Below are positions 1 through 12,382 of a stretch of 64,000 nucleotides of DNA, piece after piece. Source of the DNA: Asterias rubens (taxonomy: Eukaryota); contig NC_047069.1 of the NCBI RefSeq assembly GCF_902459465.1, forward strand, positions 11,718,001 to 11,782,000. The letters are read 5' to 3'. Position 1 is the first letter of the stretch, and every line of letters begins with the position of its first letter. A model generated the notes under the pieces. It worked only from the letters and a program-made list of their open reading frames with translations, ran no database searches and was not told the DNA's origin. The translations under genes were made by a program, and so were the position numbers.

Positions 1-242
1 GTAATTTTTCCACGAATTTGATTTCGAGACCTCAAGTTTAGAATTTGAGGTCCCGAAATCAAGCATCTGAAAGCACACAACTTCGTGTGACAAGGGTGAT
101 TTGTTCTTTCATAGTTATCTCGCAACTCCGACGACCAATCAAGCTCAAATTTTCACAGGTTTGTTATTTTATGCATTATTGAGATACAGCAAGTGAGAAG
201 CATGGTCTTTGACAATTACCAATAGTGTCCCCTGGCTTTAAG
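1..242. mobile_element. Kolobok-type MITE family A, right part (left end outside window)
   Basis: Same internal sequence as the 314-683 copy; ends ...ccaatagtgtcccctggctttaa. Confidence 0.8.
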
Positions 243-313
243 TGCAGACGCGATATTCAACCAGCCAGTGAAATATTTAAGATTTGCCATATTTTAAATA
301 GTGGAAACTAAGC

Positions 314-683
314 TTAAAGGCAGTGGACACTTTTGGTAATTACTCAAAATAATTATTAGCATAAAACCTTTCTTTGTGACAAGTAATGGGGAGAGGTTGA
401 TGGTATAAAACATTGTGAGAAACGGCTTTTCGAGAAGGAAGTAATTTTCCACGAATTTGATTTCGAGACCTCAAGTTTAGAATTTGAGGTCCCGAAATCA
501 AGCATCTGAAAGCACACAACTTCGTGTGACAAGGGTGTTTTCTTCTTTCATTATTATCTCGCAACTTTGATGACCGATTGAGCTCAAAATTTCACAGGTT
601 AGTTATTTTATGCACATGTTGAGATACACCAACTGTGAAGGCTATAGTCGTTGACAATTACCAATAGTGTCCACTGCCTTTAA
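314..683. mobile_element. Kolobok-type MITE family A, complete ~370-bp copy
   Basis: TTAA-aggcagtggacacttttggtaatt ... aattaccaatagtgtccactgcct-TTAA: TIRs, TTAA flanks, AG...CT termini. TTAA duplication with RR termini is the Kolobok/T2-MITE signature. No ORF. Confidence 0.85.
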
Positions 684-1078
684 AAAAATAGTTGAGGTCC
701 TTGCTCTATGCCCCGGTTCATTGCAGGGACTTATCGAAGAATGAACTTTTTAGAAACAGTTCAATTTGTGGTTTTATTCATTGACCGACTGTCCTTTTTA
801 GTGTTCGTCCTAACGCCCAACACAAACAGTAAACCCTGCTGTGATTCCTATAAACCCCTACCACAGCTTAATCAGGGTTTTTTCACCGAACAATTCATTT
901 TGCTGGAATTCCCAGCAGTTTAATAATACCAAGTGACTTCATACGCAGATGCAACTTGGCGTACATAATGCATCGACCAAATTTGTAACTAACTGAACAC
1001 AGTGAGTAAAAATACAAAAAACAATATTGTCTTTACAAAAAGCCTGCCTGATTAGACCAGATCCAAGGTCATATTTTC

Positions 1079-1407
1079 TTAAAGGATTTGGGTACTTTTT
1101 CAAGATGTCCATAGATTTACATTCAACTTACAGGGTTTGAAGATAATGATAGTGGAAAGCTTCCCTTCAAAGATTACTTAACTGAGGTGCTGTAGTTTTT
1201 GAGAAATGAGTAAAACAATGTCATGAAAATTGAGACGAAAATTGTTTTCATTAAATTGTTTTACTCATTACCCAAAAACTACAGCACCTCAGCACGTAAT
1301 ATTTTCAGGGAAGCTTTCTACTATCAGTATCTTCAAACTGTGTAAGTTTAGTGTAAATCTGTGGACATTGTGTTTTTTGTCCTACAAAAAGTACATACAC
1401 CCTTTAA
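1079..1407. mobile_element. TTAA-flanked MITE family C with long (~100 bp) imperfect TIRs
   Basis: TTAAagg...gtactttt / aaaaagtac...cctTTAA; internal arms (gatgtccatagatttaca...gaaagcttccc vs gggaagctttc...tgtaaatctgtggacat) are inverted. Its right TTAA is shared with a family A fragment starting at 1404. Confidence 0.75.
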
Positions 1408-1500
1408 AAGCACTGGACACTATTGATGATTACTCAAATGAGTTACTCGCATAATAACGTTCGTAACGAGCAATGGGGAAAGCTATTGATAGTAGGACAA
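1404..1500. mobile_element. Family A MITE 5' fragment
   Basis: ttaaaagcactggacactattgatgattactcaaa...gagcaatgggg matches the family A left end. Confidence 0.6.
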
Positions 1501-2708
1501 TTCATGTGACAAACAAAATATCAGATGACTAATATAATATGTTCCTTGTTGCGATATGTGAATAGACTATAACATCATTGATTTGAAAGAGGAAGGAAAT
1601 AAAACGTCTATTTTGATTATTGATTGTAAATCGGAGCAAAAACAGGTTTCTGAAACTAGAAAATGATTAATTAAAAGACATTTTTCCGGTTTTGTATCCT
1701 ATCAGACTGTAAGGTTTGGTTTTTATTTGTTTTGTAAAAATCTTTAATTGTATGGTGTTTTTTAATATCCTGTTTTGCGCGATTGTTCAATTGAATTGAA
1801 AATGATTGTTATAATATGGAAAAGTGGGCATGATGAGGTACTAATCTTCATTGGGACTATGTGGGGCTCTTTTTATGTGGTATTTTGAGGAAACACAGTT
1901 TTTAATATAATGTTGGAAGACATGGGGTCGACTGATGTAATCTGTTTGGGTACGAGCTTTATCTGTAACACTGAAGGCATGTCCTTTACATGCTCACATT
2001 GATATCTCAATTTATAAAACTGAACCCCTGACTCTCCTGTTCTGGGGTAGCATGATCTGAAGAAATCAGTTCATACGTGCACCCAAAGTTTTATCCAAAT
2101 AAACTGGAAATTTATAAACTGGGTGTCCAAATTTTACATTCACATATAAACGACAGATAAAACAGGGTGTCAATTTTTTTCTTTTACATATAAATGGCAG
2201 AAAGAATAGGGTTTAAAAAAGAAATTCAAGAGTGTCCAAAAGATACCCAGACACCCCTCTGGCTAATAAGTATGCACCTACCTAAATCCTCATGATAAAC
2301 ATGCCAAAAGACTGCACAATCAATGTCTGTGGCCATCATATGATTTTGCACGCACGAATAAAAGTTGCTCATTCTTTACATCACAACAAATCAAAATCAC
2401 ATGGCTTTGTTGGCCATATTTCTTGCTTTGAGAGCAAATTCGTGTCTTTCAATTTAATGCAGAAATCAATGGAAGACAGACGGTGATCTCTTGAAAATAT
2501 CCTGATTAGTCGCACGCCTGAAATGGGAAGCGGTGATGTGATCGTGCTGTTTTTCTGTTTCTTCAATTCTGGACTTAGAGAAGGAAAAACAGTGCCACAC
2601 TATGTTACGTTTCCTTGGGATAAACATTAAGTGTCACCTAAACAGGTTTAAGTAGGCGTCGTGTAGGCGTGTACTTGTTGATAACATGCTCAAAGTATAG
2701 TCGCTAGG

Positions 2709-3063
2709 TTAAAGGCACTGGACAACCAGTATCTTCACTTTGTGTATTCCAACATATGCTATAATAACCAATCTGTGAAAAATTGCACTCAGATGGTCAT
2801 CGAAGTTGCAAAAAAATAATGCAAGAAAAACATCATTGTTACACAAACGTGTGTGCTTTCCGATGCCTATTATACATTAGGGTTCAGGCTTGAAAAACTG
2901 ACAAAGTGAGAAATTACCTCTTTCTCACAAAATATGTTACTTCATATAGGGAGCCGTTTCTAACAATGTTTTATACTTATCAACAGTTCTCGATTGCTCG
3001 TCAAGTAAGTTTGTATGCTAAAATTTGTTTTGAGAAATTACCAAAGGTGTCCAGTGCCTTTAA
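2709..3063. mobile_element. Family A MITE, inverted orientation, diverged
   Basis: ttaaaggcactggaca ... aattaccaaaggtgtccagtgcctttaa; body is the reverse complement of 314-683. Confidence 0.8.
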
Positions 3064-4936
3064 CATAGACGTCCGTGTTGGTGTATATACTTGTTGATAA
3101 AATGCTCAAATAGCCAATATTTCCGTAAATGTCTCATCAAATCGACCGGCATTGTTACCTCCCTCTGACGTCATTGTCTTGACATTTCGAGTGTATGTTT
3201 TGCGTCACCATTGAAACAGAGTGATAAATGTTTTCCAATCATGTTATGGATGCATTGGAGCGAAATCGTTACTAAGACGCATAAACACGAAAGGGGGCTT
3301 TCGAAGGTGAATCGCAGCCGATAGACCTCGGGCATCAAAGGTAATGCGAAGAAATTATCAACACAAATCGTGGGAATAAGACATTTTCTTATTATATGGG
3401 AGTCGGGCGCCAGACTGGATTGAGCAAAATACAGTCGACTCTCGTTATGAAATGATCGCATGGGACTGACCAAATTACATCTTTCAGGATGTCGTTATAA
3501 GAGGACGGCAAACAGCAAAGCACAGAAACATTAAAGCAGAAATTAAGAATCGGGGCCTCGAAATAGTAAGCAGCGGTGCTGTGGTCGGGGAAGGGATGGG
3601 TACCTGAACTGGGCAGGGTAGAGTAAAATAGGGTACCTTTCAACACGGAACCAATTTTAGTGGGGGTTTTTTACATTTGATTCTGCTCTATGTCTACCAC
3701 TAAACAAAATTATCTGCGTTAACTTTGGTTTAAAGGTGTCAAAGAACTATAGTAAGGCATAATTTGCAGCAAGTAATTTGATGTATTAAGTACAAGTCCA
3801 GTCGCAAGTCAGTGCTGAAAAATAAGTCATGGGTCAACAAAAAGTTACTCGATTCTAAGTCGCCTGACTCGAGTCGACAACTCCATAGGTTACAACACAA
3901 TGATGTGAAACCACTCCTTGCAATTGTTGTATCGAAAGTTATAGTCCCTTTTCTATATGAGTGTGTTATGATTGAGCACAATGCGAAGAACTACCCATGT
4001 GATAACAGACAGGTGGGTGAGAATGTGATGAATGTTTATTATGAGTGTGAACAAGTGTTTATTATTCTTCAAGACTCTTCGAACCTTGATCTTGCGAATC
4101 TTGACGAAATAACATCACGTAGGCGAGATAATAGGCTCCAACATTTTCGTGGTTTCCCAATAATTGTGTTGTCTCCCCGAATTCTTCTCTCCCAGAGAAA
4201 AGCAAACAAAACAAGATATGACTCAGGGTTATACTATTGGACTCTAAAATGACCCGTATAGGCCTTTTTCAGTTTTGAAAATATTAATCACTATAACATA
4301 AAACGCATTTCAAATGATTGACACTGTCAAAAAAGACTCATCCGTCCTCTGGCAACATCATTTTGTGTTCTGGGGACTCATAAGAATGCAGTTATAATGG
4401 TTGCCATAAATTAACATGCAATTCCAACGGGATGATATTGGCCCCCACTAATTGTGTCAATATCAAACGGGCAGACAGAGTGGCAATCGCGGGGCAATGA
4501 GAGGCCACCGTACCCCCTCTCCCGGACAAATCCCGGAGAATATGTCCATAGTTTTAGAGAGGTCCCTTTTGTGGTGGGGGAGAATTCAGAGTTCGGAACT
4601 TGACCCCGCTAATGCAAACAACCTATTCATGAGCTGGTGTCTGTTAAGTGTGTGAATAATGTCAACCAGCCCAACGCAGGGGACCAAAACAGTAATCTAT
4701 CTTAAAACTATGTCAATATTTCTATGTGATGACAACTTGTGCATGAAAACACAGTGCATAGTACACGCTCTACATAAAACAACTTGTCCATTTTTTGTTT
4801 TTTCTCTTCAACAAGTGTCAGATAAGAATGCATACCGTACCAAATATTAACAGAGTTTAACTGTACTTCATTGCCGTGTAAAGACGCGGACTAAACCACA
4901 ATTATGATATAGTTTTTGCTTATAAAACCAGTTAGT

Positions 4937-5083
4937 TGCAGGCCCGGAATTTCATATTAATGGGTGGGCAAGGCCATTTTCATTTTGAATATTGGGCAGT
5001 CCTATTGGACAATCTGTATGTCAAAGGAAAGCTTTTGAAGGGGCACCAAGGCCAAGACCAGAGCAACAGAGGCCATGTTCTCC
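4937..5083 (+). mobile_element. CAGG-ended gggcacc repeat, variant D'
   Basis: caggcccggaatttcat...gggcaccaaggccaagaccag...agaggccatg; similar to 19155-19317 and 14760-14898 on the opposite strand. Confidence 0.5.
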
Positions 5084-5608
5084 TTGACTCTGTGCATATC
5101 AAGACATGCAAGTTGTGTCTGTGTATTAAGAACATGAAGTGAAAATTGTAATTCTTTCAAGCGACGCGGTCAACCTCTACATTACTTTCGTTGGGAGGGT
5201 TCGAATGTCATATCAAAGTGTTCAAAAGGCGCAATCTTTTCTGAAGTGCTCAACTGTGGGTGGGACCTATCAGGATTTCGATAAGGCACACACAGTTTGG
5301 AAGCTTTTTTGACCCCATGCCCTATAGTCTTATATGTGTCTTTCGGACGCCTTGTTTTGAAAGTTTAGGGACAAAATCTGGACCCCCTAATTACTAAATC
5401 ACGTCTCAAACCGTAGTCTTGCATTCATGCAATCACTGAAAGAGCTCTGTTCAGATTTCATTATGTTGACGCAATTGAGCGTACTGACCCCAATACGTTC
5501 CGGAAGACGAGACAAAAGCTGGCTGTGCTGATGAACAAAATCAGTGCTAGGCTCCCGAATACGGAAGCGCATGTGCCACCACTCGAAAAAAAAAAAACGC
5601 CTCTATAT

Positions 5609-5720
5609 CATCATGTACGTACACGATAAGTTAGGACATATCGTGTACATACACAATATAACTTATCGTGTACGTACACAATAACTTATCGTGTCTTATC
5701 GTGTACGTACACGATAAGAT
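5609..5720. repeat. Short degenerate tandem repeat (atcgtgtacgtacacrataa)
   Basis: About 5 imperfect copies seen directly. Confidence 0.6.
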
Positions 5721-7093
5721 ATAGTTTTTTTTATTAATGTGTATAGAATTTCAACACATTTCAAGCATTAGCTTTTGTACCCAGTTTTTCATATCCTTGT
5801 GTGTGTTTAATCTGAGCAGGGGTGAAAATGATCAGCATGTTTATCCTTTAAACATGTTTTAAATTGTGCTTAAACTCTTAACAGCTTTGTTACAGTGTAC
5901 CCGAATGCAGAAAATGTCTAAAAAGGAACAAGGGAAATTGTGGTGTTGTTTGTTGTTTATTAATTCAATAAGAAGGCATTCCAATCGTTTATGTCAGGTT
6001 GGTGGTTCACTATTCCACTGCTATTATGGAAAACAACATCCAAGACTATACGAGACTATACATCGACTCGAATTACAGGCTGCATGGCGTTCGTGACGCA
6101 GTAAAGGTGTCTTTCTTGAATTGCTTCATAGTTCCATATACCGTGTGATACCATTTAAAGTGAGATGCCGGCTGATAGTCTTGATTCAAATCACCATGTT
6201 CGGTTGTGTAAAATATCATGATGGTTTGCAACGCGATACCAACTTTCAACCCTCTAATTACATGACTGCATGCCAAAACGGCTTGTTTAAGAGACTGTTT
6301 CCAACAAAATAACAATCAATTTACACAGACCTCTTCTAGACCGTGATCTTACACATCACAAAACCCTGACATCAAATAAAGATTATTCGGCAACAAAATA
6401 ATTACAGTTTCACTTTTATAATCTCATTTACCAAGTTGGAGCTTTACGCGTGGCTGTGTGCACATGCTATGACATCACGTGCGAACCCATGTCTTTCTAC
6501 ACTACATTGATCGCACGCGAACTGCACATCTTTTTACATAACACTAACTTGAATAATCCAGACTAAACGATCGTTATGAGTAGTTTGCACACGTTACTAT
6601 AGTCACCCGGCTCTTCTCGCGTGCGAGGCAGCCTCATTTTGTTCAATCTTCCTTCAAGGACCTGTCCTTTCGGTCTGTATACTCAGAACTTCCCCCCAGT
6701 AGGCTCCATCTCCCACCGGTGCTTATTGACTTGCATAATGCATGATGCATACCATTAACGAACCCTTTTCATCCGAGAAACAAGCCAGCGGCACGAGATA
6801 AGACTAATAATTGCATTTTTTACCTGCACTTACTTCCAGGTTTTGGGTATCATGTAATTATAATAGTAGCTCTTTTGTCTGCTGTATTTGGGAAGGGACT
6901 TATGTGATCTCAAAATCCTAGCGAACTAACGGATCCTCACTCTGTGTCATCACGATGCACCATAGCAACTGCAAACGCGTTATGGCATGTCTACAATACA
7001 AATATTAATGACCTTATGTTTCAGTGAATTGCAGTTCACCATGAATGCATTATAGATGCAGGATATAACAAGTTATGGCTTCAAAATTGTTAT

Positions 7094-7450
7094 TTAAAGG
7101 CACTGGACATTATTGGTAATTACTCAAAATAATTGTTAGCATATAATACTCAATTGGTAACGAGCAATGGAGAGCTGTTGTAGAACATTGTGAGAAACAG
7201 TAGTTTTTGAGACAGAGGTCATTTCTCACTAATATATTTAAATTGAATTCGAGACCTCAGCTAAGGTCTCGAATTCAAGCATCTGGAAGCACACAACTTG
7301 TGGTTTTTTTTTTCCATTATTCTCTCGCAACTTCAATGACCAATTGAGTTCCAATTTTCACAGTCTTGTTATTTTAAGCATATGTTGAGATACACTAAAT
7401 GAGAAGACTGGTCTTTGACAATTACCCAAAAATGTGTCCAGTGCCTTCAA
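7094..7450. mobile_element. Family A MITE
   Basis: ttaaaggcactggacattattggtaattactc ... gtgtccagtgccttcaa. Confidence 0.8.
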
Positions 7451-8952
7451 TGATACTTTCTGGTACACCATGAAACAGTATCTCTCTTATTGAGGAAAGT
7501 ACATAGACCTCTCCTCCTGAGACCAGACGGTGGGTTTCGCCTCATCGTCTCGGCTGATAAGATGTCCTAGTTTTAGTCATCTTTTATTGGCTTCGATGTC
7601 TCATGAGCCATGTACAGTGTGAATGTATTTACAACAACCGACACCATTTTGTCGAGCGTGTTTAGTTCATTTAACCATATTTTGTGTCAAGCATCACTCT
7701 AGAACGATGTAACAGAATATGCCACAAAGGGCGAGATGGTACCATTTAGCGTTGGTAGCATGTATGTAAAGATATGACCATATGTTAATATATTATTTAT
7801 AATCCTTGTTTAAGCGCCATACGGTTGTGACCAAATTGTCTAAAGATATATGTCTTGTTGCTGTTCTTTTGGAGAGTTTGTCTGAATCATGTATGGTTAA
7901 GTTTCAAGAAACATTAATATTTCACCGAAAGTTGTGCACGCGTCGACAAAATGGCGTGCGATTGTTGTATGTACTGCTACACTGTCTATCACGTTTAAAC
8001 GTTTAAACTTATTGGAAATGTAACTGTCTGCAAAAACAGACTTACACAGTGCATTAAAGACAAGTGGAAAGCATTTTTAAGGCATGTGATAATTATAATT
8101 TTAGATGGAATTACTTCTCAACATAATTGGTTACAGCACCATCTTGACTTCCGGGTTGAAATTGTTCGACCTTTGATGTGATATCATCGGTTCCTATGGA
8201 ATACCGTTTTCAACAATGTGGGTTTTTTATGCCATGAACGTTTGAGAAATGAGGTTCGACATCATCAATCTATTCCTACGGATTGAAAGTGAACGAATGA
8301 TATAGTTACACCACGGTCGACACCCTTCAAATAACGCAGTAGTTATTTGAACATTATGCATGCCTTATAATTAATAACCAGTTTGTATAACAAGTTACAT
8401 AGCGGCACGTTTGATAATCCAACATTCCATGTAGTCAATGCGGTAATTCATCATAGGTCTGTGAGGTCATTAGTGCAATTTGTATTGGTTTGATAAAATT
8501 ACTTTTGCTAATTTATTTTAAGCTCCTCTCTGGTAAAATAGGGTTTATTTATCAAGTGTGTTCTTCAGAGTATTTGATTGGCAAAAAGAAACATTCATTT
8601 CTAAGTAAAACATGATTTGGTAATTTATATGTTTCCAAATGTTTAACTTATTATGCATTTTTTCATGTAATGACCTATTGATCATTTACAAAGAATATGA
8701 ACATGCAACTAATGACCTTGTCTTTGAGCCGACCAATTATCCCATAATTTGGTTATTTCATTAGCTAATGAAATGGTACTTTAATTAGAATTTAACAAGG
8801 GTATTTAATTAGCGGTCGTTTATAAAAACAGGAACTGCGGACATTTTCTGGTTGCCTCATGTTACATTACGTTAATTCAATAAGGCTGTTGCTTAAACAA
8901 ACACGCGACTGATCTTTAGTGCACTGCGGCAAAACTACATAGAAGTTGAATT

Positions 8953-9121
8953 CCGTATGCTTCGTTTTTGAAAAGGCAAGGGCACCAAGGCATTTTCTCC
9001 TTGAGAGGGCATTATACATGAGGAAATTTTAAATTTCTACTGTAGCATTTCAAGGGCACCGAGGCAACTACCAGGGGCATGGAGGCAATCGCCTTCGTTG
9101 TGTCCGTCTAGTATCAGGCCC
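8953..9121 (+). mobile_element. CAGG-ended gggcacc repeat family D (possibly hAT-type MITE)
   Basis: tatgcttcgtttttgaaaaggcaagggcaccaaggcattttctcc...ggaggcaatcgccttcgttg...tatcaggccc; recurs at 11324, 14573 (-), 16761, 20420 and 26591. Short TIR CAGGCCTGATACTTC inferred; TSD not resolved. Confidence 0.65.
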
Positions 9122-9914
9122 GAACCCTTATGTTAATAATTTATGATATTGAAATATTAACAAAAAAGCAAAATCATTATGAGCAAACAGATTAGGCAGC
9201 TATAATGAAGGAAATCAATGAAATCTCCTTGACAAATTGCTCTGTTTCTGGCGCCTTTCTTGATGATGAAACACACACAAAAGGAACAACTGAAGAAGAT
9301 GAAATACTATGTTCTCACCGTGGGTTTTCAGGTTGCAATCTCCTGTCCTTTGTTGTCAGTCGGAAGACGTGAAACCATGAAGACGCGAAATATCCTAACA
9401 AGGCGCAGCTCAATGCGGAAATGATCGCCTAACAACCACCGAAGGAGAATCACGGCATGAATACATGTCCGAAGTCCAGACGGTTAAGATCCAATCTGAT
9501 TCTCAAATATCCCAGCAAGGTATCATCGGCTTGGAGGGCTTTGTTGTGTCTGCTGATGATACCGAGGTGTAGTATACGTGATCACATCTCAGATCTCAAC
9601 CCCTGCATTTTGTTCTTATCCGGACGGCCTGACTGTAAAAATGTACGCTACTCAGAATGCTGAGTGGTGAGCAGTGACGCAGCACACGTGCGTCAAGTGG
9701 GTGCTGAGCGCCCTCAACGGTATGGTGTATACCATCCGGTGAATGTAGACGGATGCCAGTCAGCAATTTTTTGGTACATCAGCAAAAATTGTCCAGATGT
9801 TTTTTTTTTTAAGGATTCCCTTTTTTAATCCATTTAGACAAAAGAAAATTACCCGTGAAAAGCACTTCGACAGTGGCAATAGTGATGACTTGTACAGACA
9901 ACAAAATTGCTGCC

Positions 9915-10134
9915 AGTCAACTCGCCCCTGACCGGTTTCCATGTAGTTAACTCGTCCCTGACTGGTTTCCACGTATTCAACTCAACCCCTGATTTGTTTC
10001 CATGTAGTCAACTCGCCCTGCCTGGTTTCCATGTACAATAGTCAACACGCCTCGCCTCTGACTGGTTTCCGTGTAGTCAACTCGCTCTGCCTGATTTCCA
10101 TGTAGTTAACTCGCCCCGCCTGGTTTCCATGTAG
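9915..10134. repeat. Minisatellite, ~30-31-bp unit, ~7 copies
   Basis: Consensus gtcaactcgcccctgactggtttccatgta, head to tail with no unique spacers. Confidence 0.85.
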
Positions 10135-10522
10135 AGATGCTCCTGATATTGATGTGCAGTATGGTAACGAGAAGGACGAGTTGGACTCTCGCGCATATCG
10201 TGAGAGTAGATCGTGCAAGTTGTTTTAATTTGAGAACCACCCGTGGTGGCACGTGTTCGTTATTCTATAGCTGCATGCGCAAGGCCTTCGTTCGTCGCCA
10301 AGTACCAGTACCCGTCCATATAAACGAGCGCAGATTAACTTATTCATTCAGCCATCGTTTGTAAAGAGCAGTGCCATAAATACTCTGCTTATAAAGAGTG
10401 TATTTTGAAGTCTAAATGACTGGTTGGCCACAGTCCAAGCGAACTTGACATGACGAGAGTCAAATTTAACATCTATTAAATCGTTGTGATACCCTCTGCT
10501 AAAACATGGTATTAAAACTGCC

Positions 10523-10700
10523 TCTAGCTACCGGGTAATATCGGTGTCCTAGTTGGTTAGACACTGCTTTAGAATTGCAAGGGTCGTGGGTTCGAATCGG
10601 ACCCGAGAAATTAATTATACCTGTGTTTATTCTCCCAGAACTCGGGAAAGTACTGAGTACAGTGCTAACACACATCAGTGTATAAGGGTAAAACAACATT
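10523..10700 (+). mobile_element. tRNA-derived SINE-like element
   Basis: A-box-like (cctagttggttag) and B-box (ggttcgaatc) followed by a body also present at 38940-39114 (-). Acceptor stem does not pair, so not a functional tRNA. Confidence 0.6.
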
Positions 10701-11323
10701 TTATATGACGAGAATCGTGCTGTCGGACCGTTCATTACGCTAGAGGTACCGATAACTCCTTGCTAATCATTAGAGATATCACTGTTCCCCAAAGAAAAAC
10801 ATTCATCGCAATCGTTGGAGGCGCTGTAACTTTAAATTTTGGTAACTTGATTTGAAATGGTTAATTGTAATAACTTTACAGCTGCAGCCATAGGCTGAAT
10901 TGCGATCAAATTACAAAGTCTTAAAGATCTAAAATTAAGAATTAAAACTAATTACAACCAATAACGAGCAGTATTTTCGCCAGTGACGTCATCAGCAATT
11001 GCGTGTGATTTTCACTCATCCAAAACACATTGAAAGGCCGTGGATTGAAATTGAATCAAACACGCTCTTAAAGATCTGATGTTAATGGCACCAGTCACGT
11101 CCCACGTTAACCTATATTTTGGGGGTCTATCAGTGACACTTCAAGTTTGCGGGCAGATTGATTAACTGCTTGCCAAGACTCTACAACTTGAAAGAGGTCA
11201 GTGTCTACATGAAAGGCGCAGGGTCCTACAGGACGGTAAATGCCCATTCAATTCAATGTGACCAAACCGAGGTTGGAACAGTAGTCTAGCCCCTAGCCAA
11301 CTCAGAATTAGGTTAAAATACTG

Positions 11324-11454
11324 TTTTCTCCTTGATAAAGGGCACCATATGAGGAAATTGTAAATTTCTATTGGAGCATTTCAAGGGCACCAAGGCAAAC
11401 ACCAGGGGGCAGGGAGGCAATCGCCTTCGTTGTCTCCATGAAGTACCATGCCTG
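11324..11454 (+). mobile_element. Family D repeat, partial
   Basis: ttttctccttgataaagggcaccatatgaggaaattgtaaatttc...gaagtaccatgcctg. Confidence 0.6.
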
Positions 11455-11973
11455 GTCCCTATACTTGCATCGTGATCAAATTCACCGTGATTTGAAATTC
11501 AGTGCAGACAGTGCACGTTTTGACAATTAATTTTGTCTTGATGATCTAAAATGGCTGCACGGTGTCCTCTTCAGTGAAACAGGGCACGTCTGGACAACTA
11601 TAACGAACTCGCAGTCACTGTTGAGCACGTCTATTGTATCAAGCAGTCATAGGTGTTCATGCACCATCAACCAGACCAAACACGGGTCTATACGGTCACA
11701 AAAAGTGTGTCACACGAGAGCAAAACTATTTTTATTTTTACTGAGAAAGTAAAAAAAGTCATAGAATTGCAAGGCTATTATGATTACTTTTGAAACAATA
11801 TTGTCTGCTTGCACCTAACCACACGTTGATGTTTTGGGTGTGACAGATTTCCCTTGTATAGCAGAGCAAATTGCTACACAAAATGTACCAGTTGCTATTT
11901 AGGAATCACAATTTGCTATTCAATATTAGCACTCAGTGTGCACAACAAAAAGTTTAGTCTAAATAGTTTGTTG

Positions 11974-12382
11974 TTGAACTTATGCCAAAGTGTTGTAGGT
12001 GGACGTGGTATAAAAAAAAACAGTTTGCTATGCAAAATTGCATGCCGAAATCGTTCCCGGAACGAAAAGTTTTGCACTGGCCTGCAGAACTTATAATCAC
12101 GTGGTAAGAATTGGAAGAAATCATGGGCAAGAAAACTGGGGTGGGGGACTGTATGAATGGTTGTTCATGTAGGTACCTCCATAGTACCCCCCCCCCCCCA
12201 GCCCCCCCCCCCACCTCCCCCTTCCCCCCCCCAATGCCGCAGGTCCGACAACGCCCCCTTTCTGCACTCCTCTTGGCCGTGTTAACTTGTGATCATGAGA
12301 AATGATTACAAAATAATCACAGCCATAAGAGGTAATACTAGTTGATACCACGTCCACCTACAACACTTTGGCATAAGTTCAA
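11974..12382. repeat. Perfect 38-bp inverted repeat (11974-12011 / 12345-12382) enclosing a poly-C tract
   Basis: ttgaacttatgccaaagtgttgtaggtggacgtggtat and its exact reverse complement. Confidence 0.85.

Noticed and set aside
7510-7570. cgatgaggcgaaac on the minus strand resembling a hammerhead ribozyme core
   Set aside because: Lacks CUGAUGA and stem II; flanking stems do not pair.
9915-10134. 30-bp (and 26-bp at 27317) repeats as a CRISPR array
   Set aside because: Head-to-tail with no unique spacers, no cas genes, eukaryotic context.
10540-10610. Functional tRNA gene
   Set aside because: A and B boxes are present but acceptor and anticodon stems do not pair; the flank recurs at 38940-39114, indicating a SINE head.
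12111-12305. Polyproline ORF as the formin FH1 domain
   Set aside because: Wrong strand relative to the INF2-like exons; arises from a poly-C tract with no splice support.
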